A DNA stretch of 64,000 nucleotides from Piromyces finnis finn (GCA_002104945.1 MCFH01000046.1:248001-312000); one strand, 5' to 3'; numbered from the stretch's first letter, positions 1-14,056 are shown. Program-made: numbers and translations. Notes: generated by a model from the sequence alone, not told the origin.

Positions 1-284
1 CTGAACATTTAAAGAGACATAATAGAGTACATACTGGTGAAAGACCATTTGCATGTGATGAGTGCCATAAACGTTTTTCAAGATCAGATAACTTAGCACA
101 ACACAAGAAGACTCATCGTAAAGATAAAACTAGAAAGACTAAGAAAAATAGTAAAAAGGTTAACAATACAACAGTCTCTAATAATGCTTCTAACGCTTCT
201 ACTACAACAACTGTTCAACAGCTTGCTACTAACAATACTGTTAATACTGTTAATAATATTCAACATACTCCAGTTATTGTTTAG
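1..284 (+). CDS. C2H2 zinc-finger transcription factor, 3' end (Msn2/Seb1/SteA-like finger pair); 5' part outside window
   Basis: Frame from nt 3 reads [38 protein letters not shown]... to TAG at 282-284. It has the TGERPF linker and the CxxC...HxxxH pattern. Confidence 0.85.
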   Translation, partial: EHLKRHNRVHTGERPFACDECHKRFSRSDNLAQHKKTHRKDKTRKTKKNSKKVNNTTVSNNASNASTTTTVQQLATNNTVNTVNNIQHTPVIV

Positions 285-1154
285 AAAAAAAAAATTGAAA
301 AAAAAATTCAAGTAATATGAAATTAAATACTTTCTCTACATAAAATATAAAAATTAAAGATAATATTCTTATTAATATAAAGAGTATTATGAATGTAACA
401 TATTAGTTAATAAGTTATTATAAAACATTATAGAATCTTAAATTATTTTTAAAAATAATAATGGTTAACTAAATGTTATAAAATAATTTTAAACGATGAT
501 TCATTTTTTTTTTCAATTAATTTATTTTATTATTATTTTTTTAAATATATTAATTTAATCATAATTAAAATTTGTTAAAATTTATTTTTTTTTTTTTTGC
601 TAAAAAAAAAAAGAAAAATAAAATAAATTTAATTACTATCTTTAAAATATAAAACTATTATGATTGCAAATTAATATTTATATAATTAATTTATTATATA
701 TTTTAGTTTTGTAATTTTTTTCTTTTTATTATTATTAAATATAATAAGTATTAGAGTTAATTTTTATAAGTTATAAATAGAACTTTAATTTTTTTATATT
801 AATTATTGTTTTAAAAAATAAATATTAAATAAAAAAGATTTTTAAACACATTTTATTTATTTATATATTTATTAACTATTATAAAAACACATATTTTGGC
901 ACAAAAATGTAATTCTGAACATTGAAATTTATATTGAAAATAAAAATTTAAGATATACAATATTTTATTAAATAATATTTTATATAATTTTTTTTTATAA
1001 AGATGAATAACATATTTCATTAATAGATTATAATAAATGATAAGCAATAAAGATGAATAATAATAATAATAATAATAATAATATAAAGAAAGATAGATTT
1101 TTATACTATAATTCTTATCATAATTTTAAATTATTTTAATATATAAAAAAATTA

Positions 1155-3777
1155 TTACCATTCACCATCGGATGACATACTACTATTATTTTCAACTTTA
1201 ACATTAAAGGTTGTCCTTTCTGGAAGATCCATTGGAATACATATAATATTTTCGTTTTTATATCTCATACATACTTCATCTGGAATGTCTAAATCATAAT
1301 CATATTCATAGTTGTAGCTATGATGGTCATGACTTTTAGCATGACTATTAATATAGCTTACACGTTCGGCGGAAGCTAGCATCACAGTTTTTGCATATTG
1401 TGATGTTGGGTAACGTAAGCCATAAAGTGATACAGGACGTTTTACTTTATTAATTAAATTTAGATGAGTGAGAGGAGCCAATATCCACTCATCATTCTCT
1501 TCATCATAAGTAACTCTTTTTTCAATTTTTGCTCTATCCTTTTCAGGAATAAAGTTTTCAATGATGGAAGTTTTAAGGTTGAGATCCCTTGATATTTCAC
1601 GAATAGTATCTAAAAGATCTTCTCTTTCTTTACGGAATTCATCTTGTAAGTCACATATTTCAGATTTTAAAGCTTGGAAACGCTTCCAAAGTTTTTGTAA
1701 TTTCCGTGATTTCACATCAGCTTCTTCTTGAAGTGAAGCATAATGTTCTTCCATTTGTAATTGTGTTTCTTGTTTTAGTTCTAATTGACGTTGAAGCTCA
1801 CGTTCTATACGCCTCTTTTCTTCAATCTTTAATTGTGTTTCTTCTAATTCTCTTTGTTGAGAATTGACACGGTCGAAGATATTAACACCACCAATTAATA
1901 ATTTTTCTTCCATTTTCTTTAATTTGGAAGACATTTCCATACGAGATTGTCTTTCTTTGGCTAATTCATCCACTCTTTCTTCTAATTCTTTGATAACTTT
2001 TTGCTTTTCTTCATTTGCAATATCTTTAGACTCTAAAAGTTGTCTTTTTTCTGCTTCAACTTCTGCTTGTAATTTCTCAATTTCTTCTGGAGGTAAAGAA
2101 GACAATGGATCAAGTTCTTGATCTTCTTCATTTTCACCACCATCATCATCATTTTCTTCATCAGTATCATCATTTTCTTCATCTTCAGATTCATTTTCTT
2201 CATAAATTTTATTTTCATTCTCTCTATCCCCTTCTTTTTTAGTTTTAGGTTTTTTCTTTTTTACAATTTTCTTTACAATACGTTTAATAACCTTGATATT
2301 TTTATCTCCATTATTTTGTGTTTTTGTTTCCAACATTTTGCGAAGTCTCTGAATTTCTTCTTGATATTCACGAAGCATAGCATCTTTCGGATCTTCGTTA
2401 ATTTTTGGCTTATTCTTAATATTCTTTGCACGATTAGCATAACGAAGAGTAGATAATGTTTCATCGTAGTTATAACTTGCTGGACTTAATGTAGCGATCA
2501 TTAAAGTTCTTTACCAAAATATTATTAAATAATAAAATTTGATTTAATAATATGGTATTAGATGCAATTTAATTTTATAATTTTATTAATAAATACAAAC
2601 TTAAATAATAAAAAAGATTAAAAGCTTACTTAGAATTACCACCAAGAGAGTCTTGTAAAAGCCTGGTTAATTTTGAATCACGATATGGAATATGCTTACT
2701 TTTGCCATCGACTAATGCAGAAATACAATTACCAAGAGCTGAGAGTGATAAATTAATTTTTGTGGCTTCTTTTAATCTTTCACCAGTAGCTCCTGTTTTA
2801 CTTTGTCTCTCACTACCAGCTAAATCTACTAAATGTAATTTACCAGCATAAAAATGATCCTTTCCATCAATACCTGTGTCACAGCATTCCACAGTAATAG
2901 TAAAGATAGAATGTGATCTTGAAGATTCCGCATTCATTAATGTAGCTCCTACAGCTCTATTTTTATTACCTTTGTTCATTAAGTTATCAATTTCTTCTAC
3001 ATTTTTCACAACATATGAAGATAGATCTTTTACATATACTCCTGTTTCTGGATTTTCTTTTAATTCTAATTTTTTTTTAGTATCTTTTCCTAATAAATCT
3101 TTAATTTCTTCATTATAAATTTCTAAATAAGAAACTCGAACCAACCATTTTTTTTGAGTAGTTCTTGAGATATGTGAAAAAATATGATCAAATGCATTTG
3201 GAATAATACCTCTTAGTTCAGGTGAACTTTTACTTCCTTGCATAGAAAATGTTTTACCTGAACCAGTTTGACCTTATAATGTATATTTATTATTGTTATT
3301 TGAACATATAAATATGTAAATATTTTTTAATAAATTTAAATAATTTTTTCATCATATCTCTTTTTTTTACCATATGCAAAAACAGTCCCATTAAATCCAT
3401 TTAATACACCATCAATGATATTTCTTGCTGTTTGGTTATATACATCAATCTATAATTTAAAATGCAGTAATATGATGAGCTATAATTAATACCATAAATT
3501 TATTATCACTTATTAAATTATAAAAAAATATAATATATACTTGTTTACAATCTTCATCGAATACTGTATCGAAAGTGAATGTTTTTTTGATTTCTTCATT
3601 TGTTTTATCTTTATTTAATGAATTACTACTACCACTACTATTATTATTTTCTTTACAATTTGTAATACTAATTTGACCTACTTTTGGATTAATATCAACT
3701 ATTTTTTTGTAGCCTCCTTGTTTCTCCTTTTCGTTAAAAGGACGACATCTAACACACACAATAACTGACTCACTCAT
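1155..3777 (-). CDS. Kinesin-2 (KIF3B/C-like) motor subunit, 4 exons
   Basis: Motor motifs CVRCRP, AYG|QTGSGKT (P-loop, spliced), [13 protein letters not shown] and [22 protein letters not shown]|TLMIA. A coiled-coil stalk follows, then tail motifs [11 protein letters not shown] and [18 protein letters not shown], resembling KIF3B tails. Introns at about 3540-3451, 3370-3274 and 2628-2510. Confidence 0.9.
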
Positions 3778-4714
3778 TTCTTAATAAATTTAAAAAATGT
3801 ATATCTACTATATAAATTATTTTCCTATTTTATAAAAAATTTTAAAAAAGGGAAAAGAAGTAGAATTATATTATATCTACTTGTTACTAAATATTTTATA
3901 AAACAAGTAATAGCCTTATTATATAATTCAATATAGGTAGAATGCTCTAATATTTAGATATTTCATAAAAAATTTTATATTTTATTCTATTTATTTTATA
4001 TTTTTTTTGATATATTGTTTATTATAATTTATTTATTTTAAACTTTACTTTAGATGTACAAACCTTATTATAATTGTTCTTATTTATTTATTATTATAAT
4101 GAAAATTATGTATTACTTGAATTTTGTATAAATCTTATTATATTAAAAATAATTAAAAATTTTAAATATTTATTGAAAACCTTAAAATGGTTAAAAAACT
4201 TTAAAAAAACCATAACAAATTTTATTATTTTAAATTTTTAGTGTAACCTATTATTATTTTTATCTAAAAAGTTTATTTTTATTTTTATTTATTTATTTTT
4301 TTTTTAAAAGAGATAATATAACATTTTAATAGTATTGAAATAAAACAAAATAGAAAAAATGAGAAAAACAACAACAACAACAACTAAATTTAATATTCAC
4401 TAAAAATAGAAGAAATATATCAAACGATATATTATGGATAACTTTTTAATTTAAAATATATACCGACCGAATTTTATTTAATAACTATTAAGAGTATTAT
4501 ATTTTTTCTTTAAGTTGAATTTATTATAAAGATATAATTGATAATAAAATTGTTTATTATATCTTATAATTTTAATATTAATGTATTATAAAAAGATAGT
4601 GAATGTTAAATTAATAAAATATGTTGAATATATATGTATATTGACTTTTAGAATTACTTATAATTATTATTTTCTGGTAAAATCTTTTTTTTGGTCATAA
4701 GAAACTTATTTTTT

Positions 4715-5469
4715 TTAGATATTAATTTCCCCTCTTTTTTCTAGTGCTTTTGAATTAATAGTTTTCATATATTTATCAATATCTGTTACATTATTTTTTA
4801 AGTTTAAAGGATATATCCATACAGGATTTAGAAGATCAAATGAAATAAATTTAATTGCATAGTAAATGCATGGCATCTAATATAAATAATTAATTTAAAA
4901 TAAAAATTAATATTATATAATAACAAAAAAAAAAAGTCTATGAATACTTACAGAATAAGTAATAAATATTATATTTGTAAATAAAGATTTTTCTGCTGAT
5001 TTACAATAGTTGACTCTTTTGATGTCATAAGCATTCCGATTAACACAATCCAAAGTTTCCAATTTATTTCCAAAATAAATGCAAATTAAAGAGGAGTATA
5101 ACCCAATAACTATATTAATTAAAGCATAAATCATTAATACTTGTCTATTATAAATAAGTAATGACCATAAGCCTATAGCGCCAAATGGGATTTGCATTAA
5201 GAAACAAATCATTACTGTTATATTTACAATATGACTACCATTAATAATCCAATAAAATACAACAGCTATACATCCTACCTATTGTATTATTTGTAAAATA
5301 TTTTTATTACTTCATTATTTTAACATTTCGAATATTATAATATACACCATATGATATATAAAGTTAAATTTCTATATAATATTGTGTTTCATTTCATCTA
5401 GAAAGTTACCAATTGACCTGTTATGAATATAGAAAGAAGATAGTAAGATAAGGGCTTTTTTAAATTCAT
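4715..5469 (-). CDS. Small four-transmembrane protein of unknown function, 3 exons
   Basis: ATG at 5469, 60-nt exon 1 with GT donor at 5409. The spliced frame MNLKKPLSYYLLSIFITGQL|VGCIAVVFYW...TYS|MPCIYYAIKF...EINI* is open, with four hydrophobic segments and two Cys in the TM3-TM4 loop. Confidence 0.6.
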
Positions 5470-5860
5470 TTTCTTTTCTTTTTTTTTTTTTTTAATTGGT
5501 AATATTACATTGGTTTTTTATATCTTTAATTTTCTTTGAGAATAATTATAACATTTGTTATATAGCGGAGTTATATTAATATAAATTTAAGAATTATTTT
5601 ATATATATAGTGTAACAATCTAATATATTTATAATGATGATTGGGAAGAAAAAGAATATATTTTAATATAGAAGTTTATTTATTATAAAATATTTTAAAT
5701 CCAAAAAGAAATTTCATTATTAGTGATTTGAAATTTACTTTAAAACAATTTATATAATATATATTATTTAAATTTTGTTTTAATATCGAAAGAATAGTAG
5801 AATAATAAATTATTTAAAAATCATATATAAAATCATTGTTATATTATAAAAATCATTTAA

Positions 5861-7718
5861 ATGGCTAATAGAACTGTTTCTGATGCAAGGAACATTCACG
5901 GGACAAATCCCCAATATCTTTTAGAAAAAATTATAAGAAGTAGAATTTATGAATCATTATACTGGAAAGAAGATTGTTTTGGTTTAACAGGTTAATATTA
6001 AAAGGAAAACGAAGATATTATATAAATAGATTTCATTAGATTGTTTGAAAAGAAATGTTTTATTTTTTTATGTAATATTTCAATAATAATTAGATTTAAT
6101 TAATATATAAATGAAAAATAAAAAAAAAAAAAAAATATTAATAAAAAAGAATATTTTTGAAAAAAATTATCCATTTATTAATGTTAAAATATATTATATT
6201 TTAATATTTGATCATTATAGTTGTTTCTTTAATTGATAAAGCAGATCAACTTACTTGTATTGGTGGTCAATATGGTAATCAAAAACCAACAGAATTTCTA
6301 TGTTTAACACTTAAATTGCTTCAACTTCAACCAGAAAAAGAGATTATTATTGATTTTATTAGAAATGAAGATTCAAAGTAATTATTTCAATATTGATAAA
6401 AATCAATTTAAAAGAAATTTAAAGTTTAAATAATTTTTTATATATATTATACTTTAATCAAAATTCAAATTTACCATATATTAACATATCCTTATTTAAT
6501 ATAAATTATTTTTAATTCAATTCAATAAAACATAATAAAGATATCTTCGAGCATTAGGCGCATTTTATTTTAGATTAATAGGAGATTCTGTAGAAATTTA
6601 TAAATATTTAGAACCTTTGTTATATGATTTCAGAAAATTAAGAAGACGGTTACCTGGTAATTTATCATTTAAAATTTAAGATAATATTTTTTAATTATAT
6701 AATTAAATGAGAATGAAATGTATATATAGTATATTATTATAACTCTATTTTATTAATATTATTGAAAATATTTTAATATTAAAATAACAGATGGTGCTTA
6801 TGATATTATCCATATGGATGAATTTATTGATAGTTTATTAAGAGATGAACGTATTTGTGATACCATTTTACCTCGTATTTTAAAGAGACAAGTATTAGAA
6901 GAAAATGAAGAATTAGAGCCAAGGGTTAGTTTCTTAGAAGATGAATTAGAACAAGAAGCACTTGCTGCTAAAGAGAAGGAAAAAAGCAGTACAAGATCAA
7001 GATCTTATAGTAGTGTAAGAAAAGGATTATATAGAATATATAATATATAAATCTAAATTAAATATTAATCAATATTATTAATTAATAAATATAGAGTTCA
7101 AGTCGAGGTCGTAGTTCAAGCAGATCAAAGTCAAGATCTCGTTCACATCATCGTTCGTCAAGACGGAGTATTAGTAAAAGTAGGAGTAGATCAAGAAGTA
7201 GAGATAGAGGAAGAAGAAGACGTAGAAGCTATAGTAGAAGCAGAAGCTATAGTAGAAGTAGAAGCTACAGTAGAAGTAGAAGCTACAGTAGAGGTAAAAG
7301 TTATAGTAGAAGCAGAAGCTATAGTAGAAGTAGAAGTAGAAGCTATAGTAGAGGTAGAAGTAGAGATAGACATAGTCGTCATCGTAATAGCAAAAAAAGA
7401 AGTTACAGTTCGAGCTATAGTAGAAGCAGAAGCAGAAGTAGAGATAAATATAGTCGTAGTAGAAGCCGTAGTCGTAATCATAAAAGATATGATGATAATG
7501 ATAGATATGATAAATCAAAAGATCAAGATAGTAAAAACAGTAAAAAGAAATGGAATAAGAAGAAAGTCAATTCTTTGTTTAAAGGGGGATCTTCTAGTAA
7601 TAAAAACAATAAAGATTCTGATTCTGAGCAAGGTAGTAATGATGGTGTTAAAGAATCAATGAGTATTGAAGAAACCAATAAACTTAGAATATCTCTTGGT
7701 CTTAAACCATTACAATAA
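5861..7718 (+). CDS. PRP38: Pre-mRNA splicing factor Prp38 (PRPF38A-like) with long RS domain and C-terminal HIND motif
   Basis: N-terminus MANRTVSDARNIHGTNPQYLLEKIIRSRIYESLYWKEDCFGLT, then KPTEFLCLTLKLLQLQPEKEII and MDEFIDSLLRDERICDTILPRI. The last exon is SR-repeat rich and ends ESMSIEETNKLRISLGLKPLQ*. Confidence 0.93.
7096..7470 (+). repeat. Coding low-complexity tandem repeats (AGTAGAAGCTATAGT-like) encoding the RS domain of Prp38
   Basis: Repeated agtagaagc/agtagaagt units translate as SRSYSRSRS. They also produce the antisense shadow ORFs at 7171-7518 and 7191-7481. Confidence 0.8.
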
Positions 7719-8188
7719 TTAGTCAATTAAACAATTATGTTAATATAATTAAATACATATTATCAATATTTTTATAAAAATGTAACTTATCTATTTTTTT
7801 ATAGTAAATCTTGTTATTTATACCAATATCAAATGTTATAAATAAAAAATCAAAAGTTTAAAATATAATTTTGTGTATAATTAAAAAAATTTTTTTGTGG
7901 GAATTTTTAAATTCGTTCCTTTTTTGGAAGGAACTTTGTAAATGCTATAATAATCAAAAATTTATTTTTAAAAATATTTTTCTGAAGCATCCTTTATATA
8001 TATTTAATAAAAGAAATAACAGAAAATATTTTAATTTGTCTTATCAAAATCGGAAATTCGATTAAAATTACTATTTGTTTATTTTAATAATATATATTTT
8101 TATTAATTTTTTTTATACATGCTATACTTCTTTCTTATATTGAGAAAATAAAATTAACTAAATAAAAATTAAAATTTATTAAAACATT

Positions 8189-9999
8189 CTAATCTTTTTT
8201 CATAATTAAACAAATTGGAACGTGATCACTAGCACCGTAACATTTAGTTCTTTTTAATTAAAATAAATAAGAAAATAATTAATTATTGTGTTTTATAATA
8301 TATAATATATAATTATTGGTATAATTACCTAATAACAGAATCTTTAATCAGTGGCATAAGCTTTTCACTAACAACAAACTAAATTATTATTATTATTATA
8401 TAGTAATAAATATTACAGTAATAATGGTAAAAATAAAAATTATTTAATATATGCAAATTTTTTGATATAAATTTATTAATTATTAGATTAATTTTTACAT
8501 AATCCAAACGCCAGCCAATATTCTTTGCATGACAATTGAATCTGAATGAAAAGTATGAATATATTTGATCCTTAGGATGGAAATGTCTAAAAGTATCTAT
8601 TCTTGGAGGATTACTTGATAATATTCTTGAAAAATCAGTTCTTTCTTCAATAGTAAAACCAGCAGATCTATAATTAATATTAGTAAAGAAACAATTTAGA
8701 TACTAATATTATAATATACTATAAAATTAATATTAATTTAAATTTATACCTAAGATTTGTGTCTGGCTTTGCTAAATCAATTTTTTGGTGTGAAACATTT
8801 AAATCTATTACAGAAAGTAATATAATAATCAACATTAGCAACAACAATAACAACAACAACAACGATAATATTAATAATACCTCCAGCCCAAATAATTGGC
8901 TTTTTTTCTTCCAATTTTTTAAAGAATTTTTCAATGGTAGCATTATATTCTTGTTTGAAATCCAAACGTACTAATTTATTTCCTGCATTTGGAACATAAG
9001 TGGCAATTAAATAATATTTTTCAAATTCCAATACTAAGTTTCTTCCCTCTTCATCAAATTTTTTAGAACCAATGCCATATTGAACGTCAAGTGGCTTTAT
9101 TTTCGAAAATACTGCACATCCTGAATATCCTTTTTTAACAGTTGAAAATGTCCAATATTGATATGGATAATCTTTCTTTGATATTTCGTGAGATGGGGAA
9201 TTTAGTTTTGTTTCCTTTTATTTTATCAAAATAATATGGTATATATAAATGATATAGAGAAAATAATATATATAATATGGTTTTGATGTTAAATTAGTAT
9301 ATAAAATTGGTATACAATTAAAGGTATATAAATTCACAAATGCACATTTACTTTTTTATAAATGATAAAAACTAATATATGTTATATATATTATTTTTCA
9401 ATTTTGAAATGAAATTTAATATTTTATTTTAATTTTATCTGAAAATATATAAAATTGTAATAATTAAATATTATAAAATTTTAAAATCTAGAATTACTAT
9501 TGATATATATATAATAACTACTTACTTGAATACAGATAATATCAGGATTTTCAGCTTCTAAGTATTTCTTGAAACCTTTTTTTATAGATGCATTGAGTGA
9601 ACCTACATTATATGATACAATTTTCATTTCTTTTTCTTTGTCAATTGGTTCAAAATTAAATTCTAATTCGTTAAGTCCTGGGTTTAGTAAGGTTTTTTCT
9701 TCCTTTTTGACATTTGAATCTTGTTTTAACTTTTTAAAAGCATTAATTTTATCTGAAGATTTTTCTTCTTTATCAATTTTGCGTTTTTTCGAAGTTGTGG
9801 TTGTAGTAGTTTCTTTTTCAATTACTTCATTTTCATTTTTTTTAGTTTCTTCACTTTCAATTTTTCTTTTTTTAACTTCCTCTTTTATAGTATCTTCTTT
9901 TTTATCATTTTTTTCAGTTTTTTCATTTTTTTTAGTCGTTTCAATTTTTGTATAAAAGCTTGTTATTTTTTTGTTTTTTGAACTTCTTGTTGTTACCAT
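8189..9999 (-). CDS. ExoIII-family AP endonuclease (APE1/APEX1-like) with Lys/Glu-rich N-terminal extension, multi-exon
   Basis: Motifs SYNVGSL, DIICIQ, KKGYSGCAVFSK, TYVPNAG, GG|DLNVSH, SAGFTIEER, IDTFRHFHP, GWRLDY and GASDHVPI. Stop TAG at 8189-8191. Confidence 0.9.
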
Positions 10000-10703
10000 T
10001 ATGTTAAAAATATATTGAATCTATTTAAATTATAAAAAAAGTCTTTTTATTTATTATTTTTAAGTTGTTAATTTTCAATTATTAATAATATCAATGTTGT
10101 TAATTAATTATGTTTATTATAATACTATAATCACTAATAATGATAATAGTGCTTTATATATATTTTAGAATTAAACAATTTTTTAAATTTAATTTTCTTC
10201 GCTGAAATACTGATATTTATATAAAAATTTTATTTTTTTATTAAATTAATTTTGTAATAAAGATAAAAAATGGATAATCAATCAAAATAATTTATATATT
10301 TAGATATTTTTTTATAATAATAACAACGAAAAAAAAAAAGTTAGTTACATAAAACAAAACTTTATCATTTATTTTTCCCTATTTTTTTATTTTATTTTTA
10401 TTATTAATAGCATTATTTTCATTTTGTTTTAAATACATTTTGGATTATGGAATGGCAAATTATATATTTAATAATAATAATAATAAAAAAAAAGAAGTTA
10501 TTTATCAAAATTTAAAGGAAAAAAAATAAAAGTTTGTTTATGCTTTGGAAATAGTATGTTAAATATAAATTGTTAATATAAATAACATTGAAATGAGATA
10601 CTTGAAAATATACAAAAGAATTATATTCCAATTATATATTACTAAATAAAAATTACATGAAATGATTAAATTTTTATTATTTTCAAAATCTTATTTTCCC
10701 TCA

Positions 10704-11476
10704 TCATTTACAATTATTATTTTTTTCTCTTTCTTCATCTTGTTTTTCGAAAGATTGTTCTTCTTTTATATTTTTATCAATGTCATAATTTTTTAATAAA
10801 TTATATTGTATAGGCTCAGCTTTAATTGAATATGCTAAACATTCCTTGGCTTCTTCCCAATCAATATATACACGTCCTAAGTGAACTTTACGATAGTGAT
10901 CAACTAATGCTAAATACTGATCTGATATAAAATATTTATTTAATCTATCGGATGTTGGATATATTTGTTCTTCGGGATGCCAACTATAGATTTAAATATA
11001 ATTATATTTTACATGATGTTTATGTATTAATATTTATTAATTAATAATTATTTTCTCAACTATTATTTATAATTTAAAAAAAAAAAAAAAGTTATATTTA
11101 CAATTCTGGCTTTTGGGTTTTTCTATTAATAACATGACCAAGTTTAAATGCCCATGATACAGCTGCCAATCCATGTTCTCTCATATCTTTATTCAAGTCA
11201 ACTAAATATATAAATATATATATATATAATTTAATAATTATTAACATTTATAAAAATTTTATATATAAATTTTTGATTTTTGTTAAATAAAAATATAAAC
11301 TCGAATAATTACATAGTAAAGATACAAAGTATCCATGAAAAGCCGGATTAATAAACATATATCCTTTTTGTGAATAAATTGCTGCGTTATGAAAGTGCTC
11401 TGGTGTATCACATAAACCATCACGATCTATAAATATGGGTTTATACCATTTATATATTTAATATTATAATTACTAT

Positions 11477-11507
<31 letters not shown>

Positions 11508-13911
11508 AGTCTATAAAAATTATTTTTTGATAGTTTTATAATTATGATAAAATTGATTATTTGCATTTTTATACCTTTTAATTTTGCTAATGAAATCATT
11601 AAATTACTAATTTTTCTACCCATCTTTAGGCCAGGAAAACGTTGTCCTGGACACTGTGGTCTTTTGGTAGTAAAAGTTCCACGAGGATTTTGCATACAAA
11701 CCCATTCAATTTCAGTGATTTTCATTTCAGGTACAACATTTATATTTCTCTCTAAGAATTTTATAAGTACAGAAGCACCTTTTTTACTTACTATTAAAGG
11801 TGTTAATTTCTTTTTACGTATTTCTTCTGGAGATGTTGGCTGAAGTGAAAAATCCATTCTTGCATTTGATCTATTTGAGGCTAAACTATCTCTACTTGAT
11901 GTCATTTCATTTTTTTCTTTCTCTTGGATTTCTTTTTCTGTTTGTGTTAAATCTTCTTTTACTACATTTACATTATCATTAGAAAGTGATATTATTGGAT
12001 CAAAGAAGTTTTCAGAGTTTGTATTATTAATTGTTTTTTCATCATTACCATTAATATTTGTAATGGTGTCCTTATTTGAATTTTCAGGATTGGGTATCAA
12101 ATGAACAGGAATTGGGGAAATAATTTCCTCATTATCATTTTTATTTTTATTATTTTCTTCATCTTTTTTATCATTAATTTCTTCTGTTGATAAATTAACA
12201 TCAGATTTATTATTATTTTCACCTGATATTGATTCTTGGGATGTTTCTGGAATAGGTGGTGATTTTGGAGTGCTAATAACTGGTGCAACAGGTTTTTCTT
12301 CTTTTATACTATTATTTAAGAATGAAAAAATAGAATTGATGACATTGGAAGCTGTCATTGGTGGTTGACTATTTCGTTTATTAGTATTAGTATTATTACC
12401 AAATGTTAGATTATTAATAAAATAACTAAAATCAATTGAAGAATGTTTATTTGAGGAATGTTTTTCATTTTCATCTTTAGGCATGCTAAAAAAATTTTTA
12501 CTCTTATTAGGTTTTTTAAGAATTCTAGATGGATCTTTTTTAACGTCTGTATTTGCATTTGGATCTAAAGGTAATTTATTATTATTAACTTTATCACCAA
12601 TAGTATCTGCTTCAATATTTGATTTTTCATTATGTACTTTGCTATTAAATGATATAACATCTATTGTATCATTATTTTCATCTTCATTATTTGCATTAAT
12701 ATTTTTTCCAACAGTAGATACTTTTTTTTTATTTTCCTTCATAGTTTTAATATTTTCGACTTTTTGAAGTTCTTCATCTCCTTCGTCTTCTGAATAAGAT
12801 GATGAAGATGAAATTTCCATTACATCAACATCTACATTACTTCCATGGTTACTTGATGGATCTGATTTGCGATTCAAAGAAAAACCCCTACTTAAAAAAT
12901 TATATCCTGAAGTTGAGTTGTTTTTATTATTCGTCTGATTTTTTTGATTATCTTCATTAGATGATTCATAAGTATTCTGAGAAGAACTAATTTCTTTTTT
13001 TAAATTTCCTGCTAATGGTTGTCGATTATCTACTTTAACAAAATCTGATAGATCTTTCAATTTTAAAGATTTTTCTTTTTTCTTTTCTTTGTCATCTTTT
13101 AGATAATCTGGTTTGAATTTACGCTTTTCTGGAACGTCCGGTAAAATATCTATAATTTCAGCTTCATTATTTGTCATCCGATTTGCACGATATTTCAAAT
13201 CTTGATAAGCCTTTAACTGATATGTAACAAGATCCTTTTTTCTCATAAACCTAATTTAAATTCATATTATTAAGATTATCCATTATTATTTATTTGTATA
13301 CATAATTAAATTGTATTTTTTATTAGTAATATTATGGGGAAAAAATAATATAAATATATTTAATGGTAATGATTAATTATAAAAAATTAGAATTATTTAT
13401 ATTTATTTATTATTTATAAACTAACATATCCATTAAAAAGTTTTTTTCTGTAATTGGTTGGTCCACATTATTCATTAATGATCTATCTAATAGAGATAAG
13501 CGATGAACAAATTTATCTTTACATTCCATACGAATAATAGGTTGCCCATATCCCATATTTTTAAGATCTTCTATAAAGCCATTTTCAGTTAAAATTCTAT
13601 TGAAATAATATATATAACATATTTATAAATTATATTAATATTTCTTTTATACAACTAATATTTATATCTAAAATATAGTTTAAATATACTCGATATGAAT
13701 GAAATAAAATAATAATTAAGTTTATAAAAAATTACTTGTAAAAATCTTCTTCAGTGTATTCGCCTAAAAATTTTGGTTCTGGATCACTACCAAAATCACA
13801 ACATAAATCCGAGTCACTAAAATTAAAGTCTGGCATTGTCATTGGATTGGCATTTAAATTAAGCTGACGCCTTAAAGCTTCAAAAGTATTTGAAAATGAT
13901 AAATGTTCCAT
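10704..13911 (-). CDS. Uncharacterised protein resembling the accessory (non-catalytic) domain of some bacterial HDAC-family proteins, split by a long low-complexity insertion; multi-exon
   Basis: Spliced frame: MEHLSFS...PKFLGEYTEEDF, ENGFIEDLKNMGY, [N/S/K/E-rich insert], EIEWVCMQNPRGTFTTKRPQCPGQRFPGLKMG, DRDGLCDTPEHFHNAAIY...FINPAFHGYF, WHPEEQIYPTSDRLNKYF...*. GT-AG junctions are consistent. The family resemblance is from memory only. Confidence 0.65.
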
Positions 13912-14013
13912 TTTTATTTCTTTATGTAATATTTTTGAACAGAATAATTTTTATAGGTCTTCAAGTATTTTTTCAGGTTTATGCTTTATTTAAATATTAA
14001 CTTGTTTTTGTAT

Positions 14014-14056
<43 letters not shown>

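Noticed and set aside
7171-7726. Minus-strand Tyr/Phe-rich and Thr/Ser-rich ORFs
   Set aside because: They are antisense shadows of the Prp38 RS-repeat exon.
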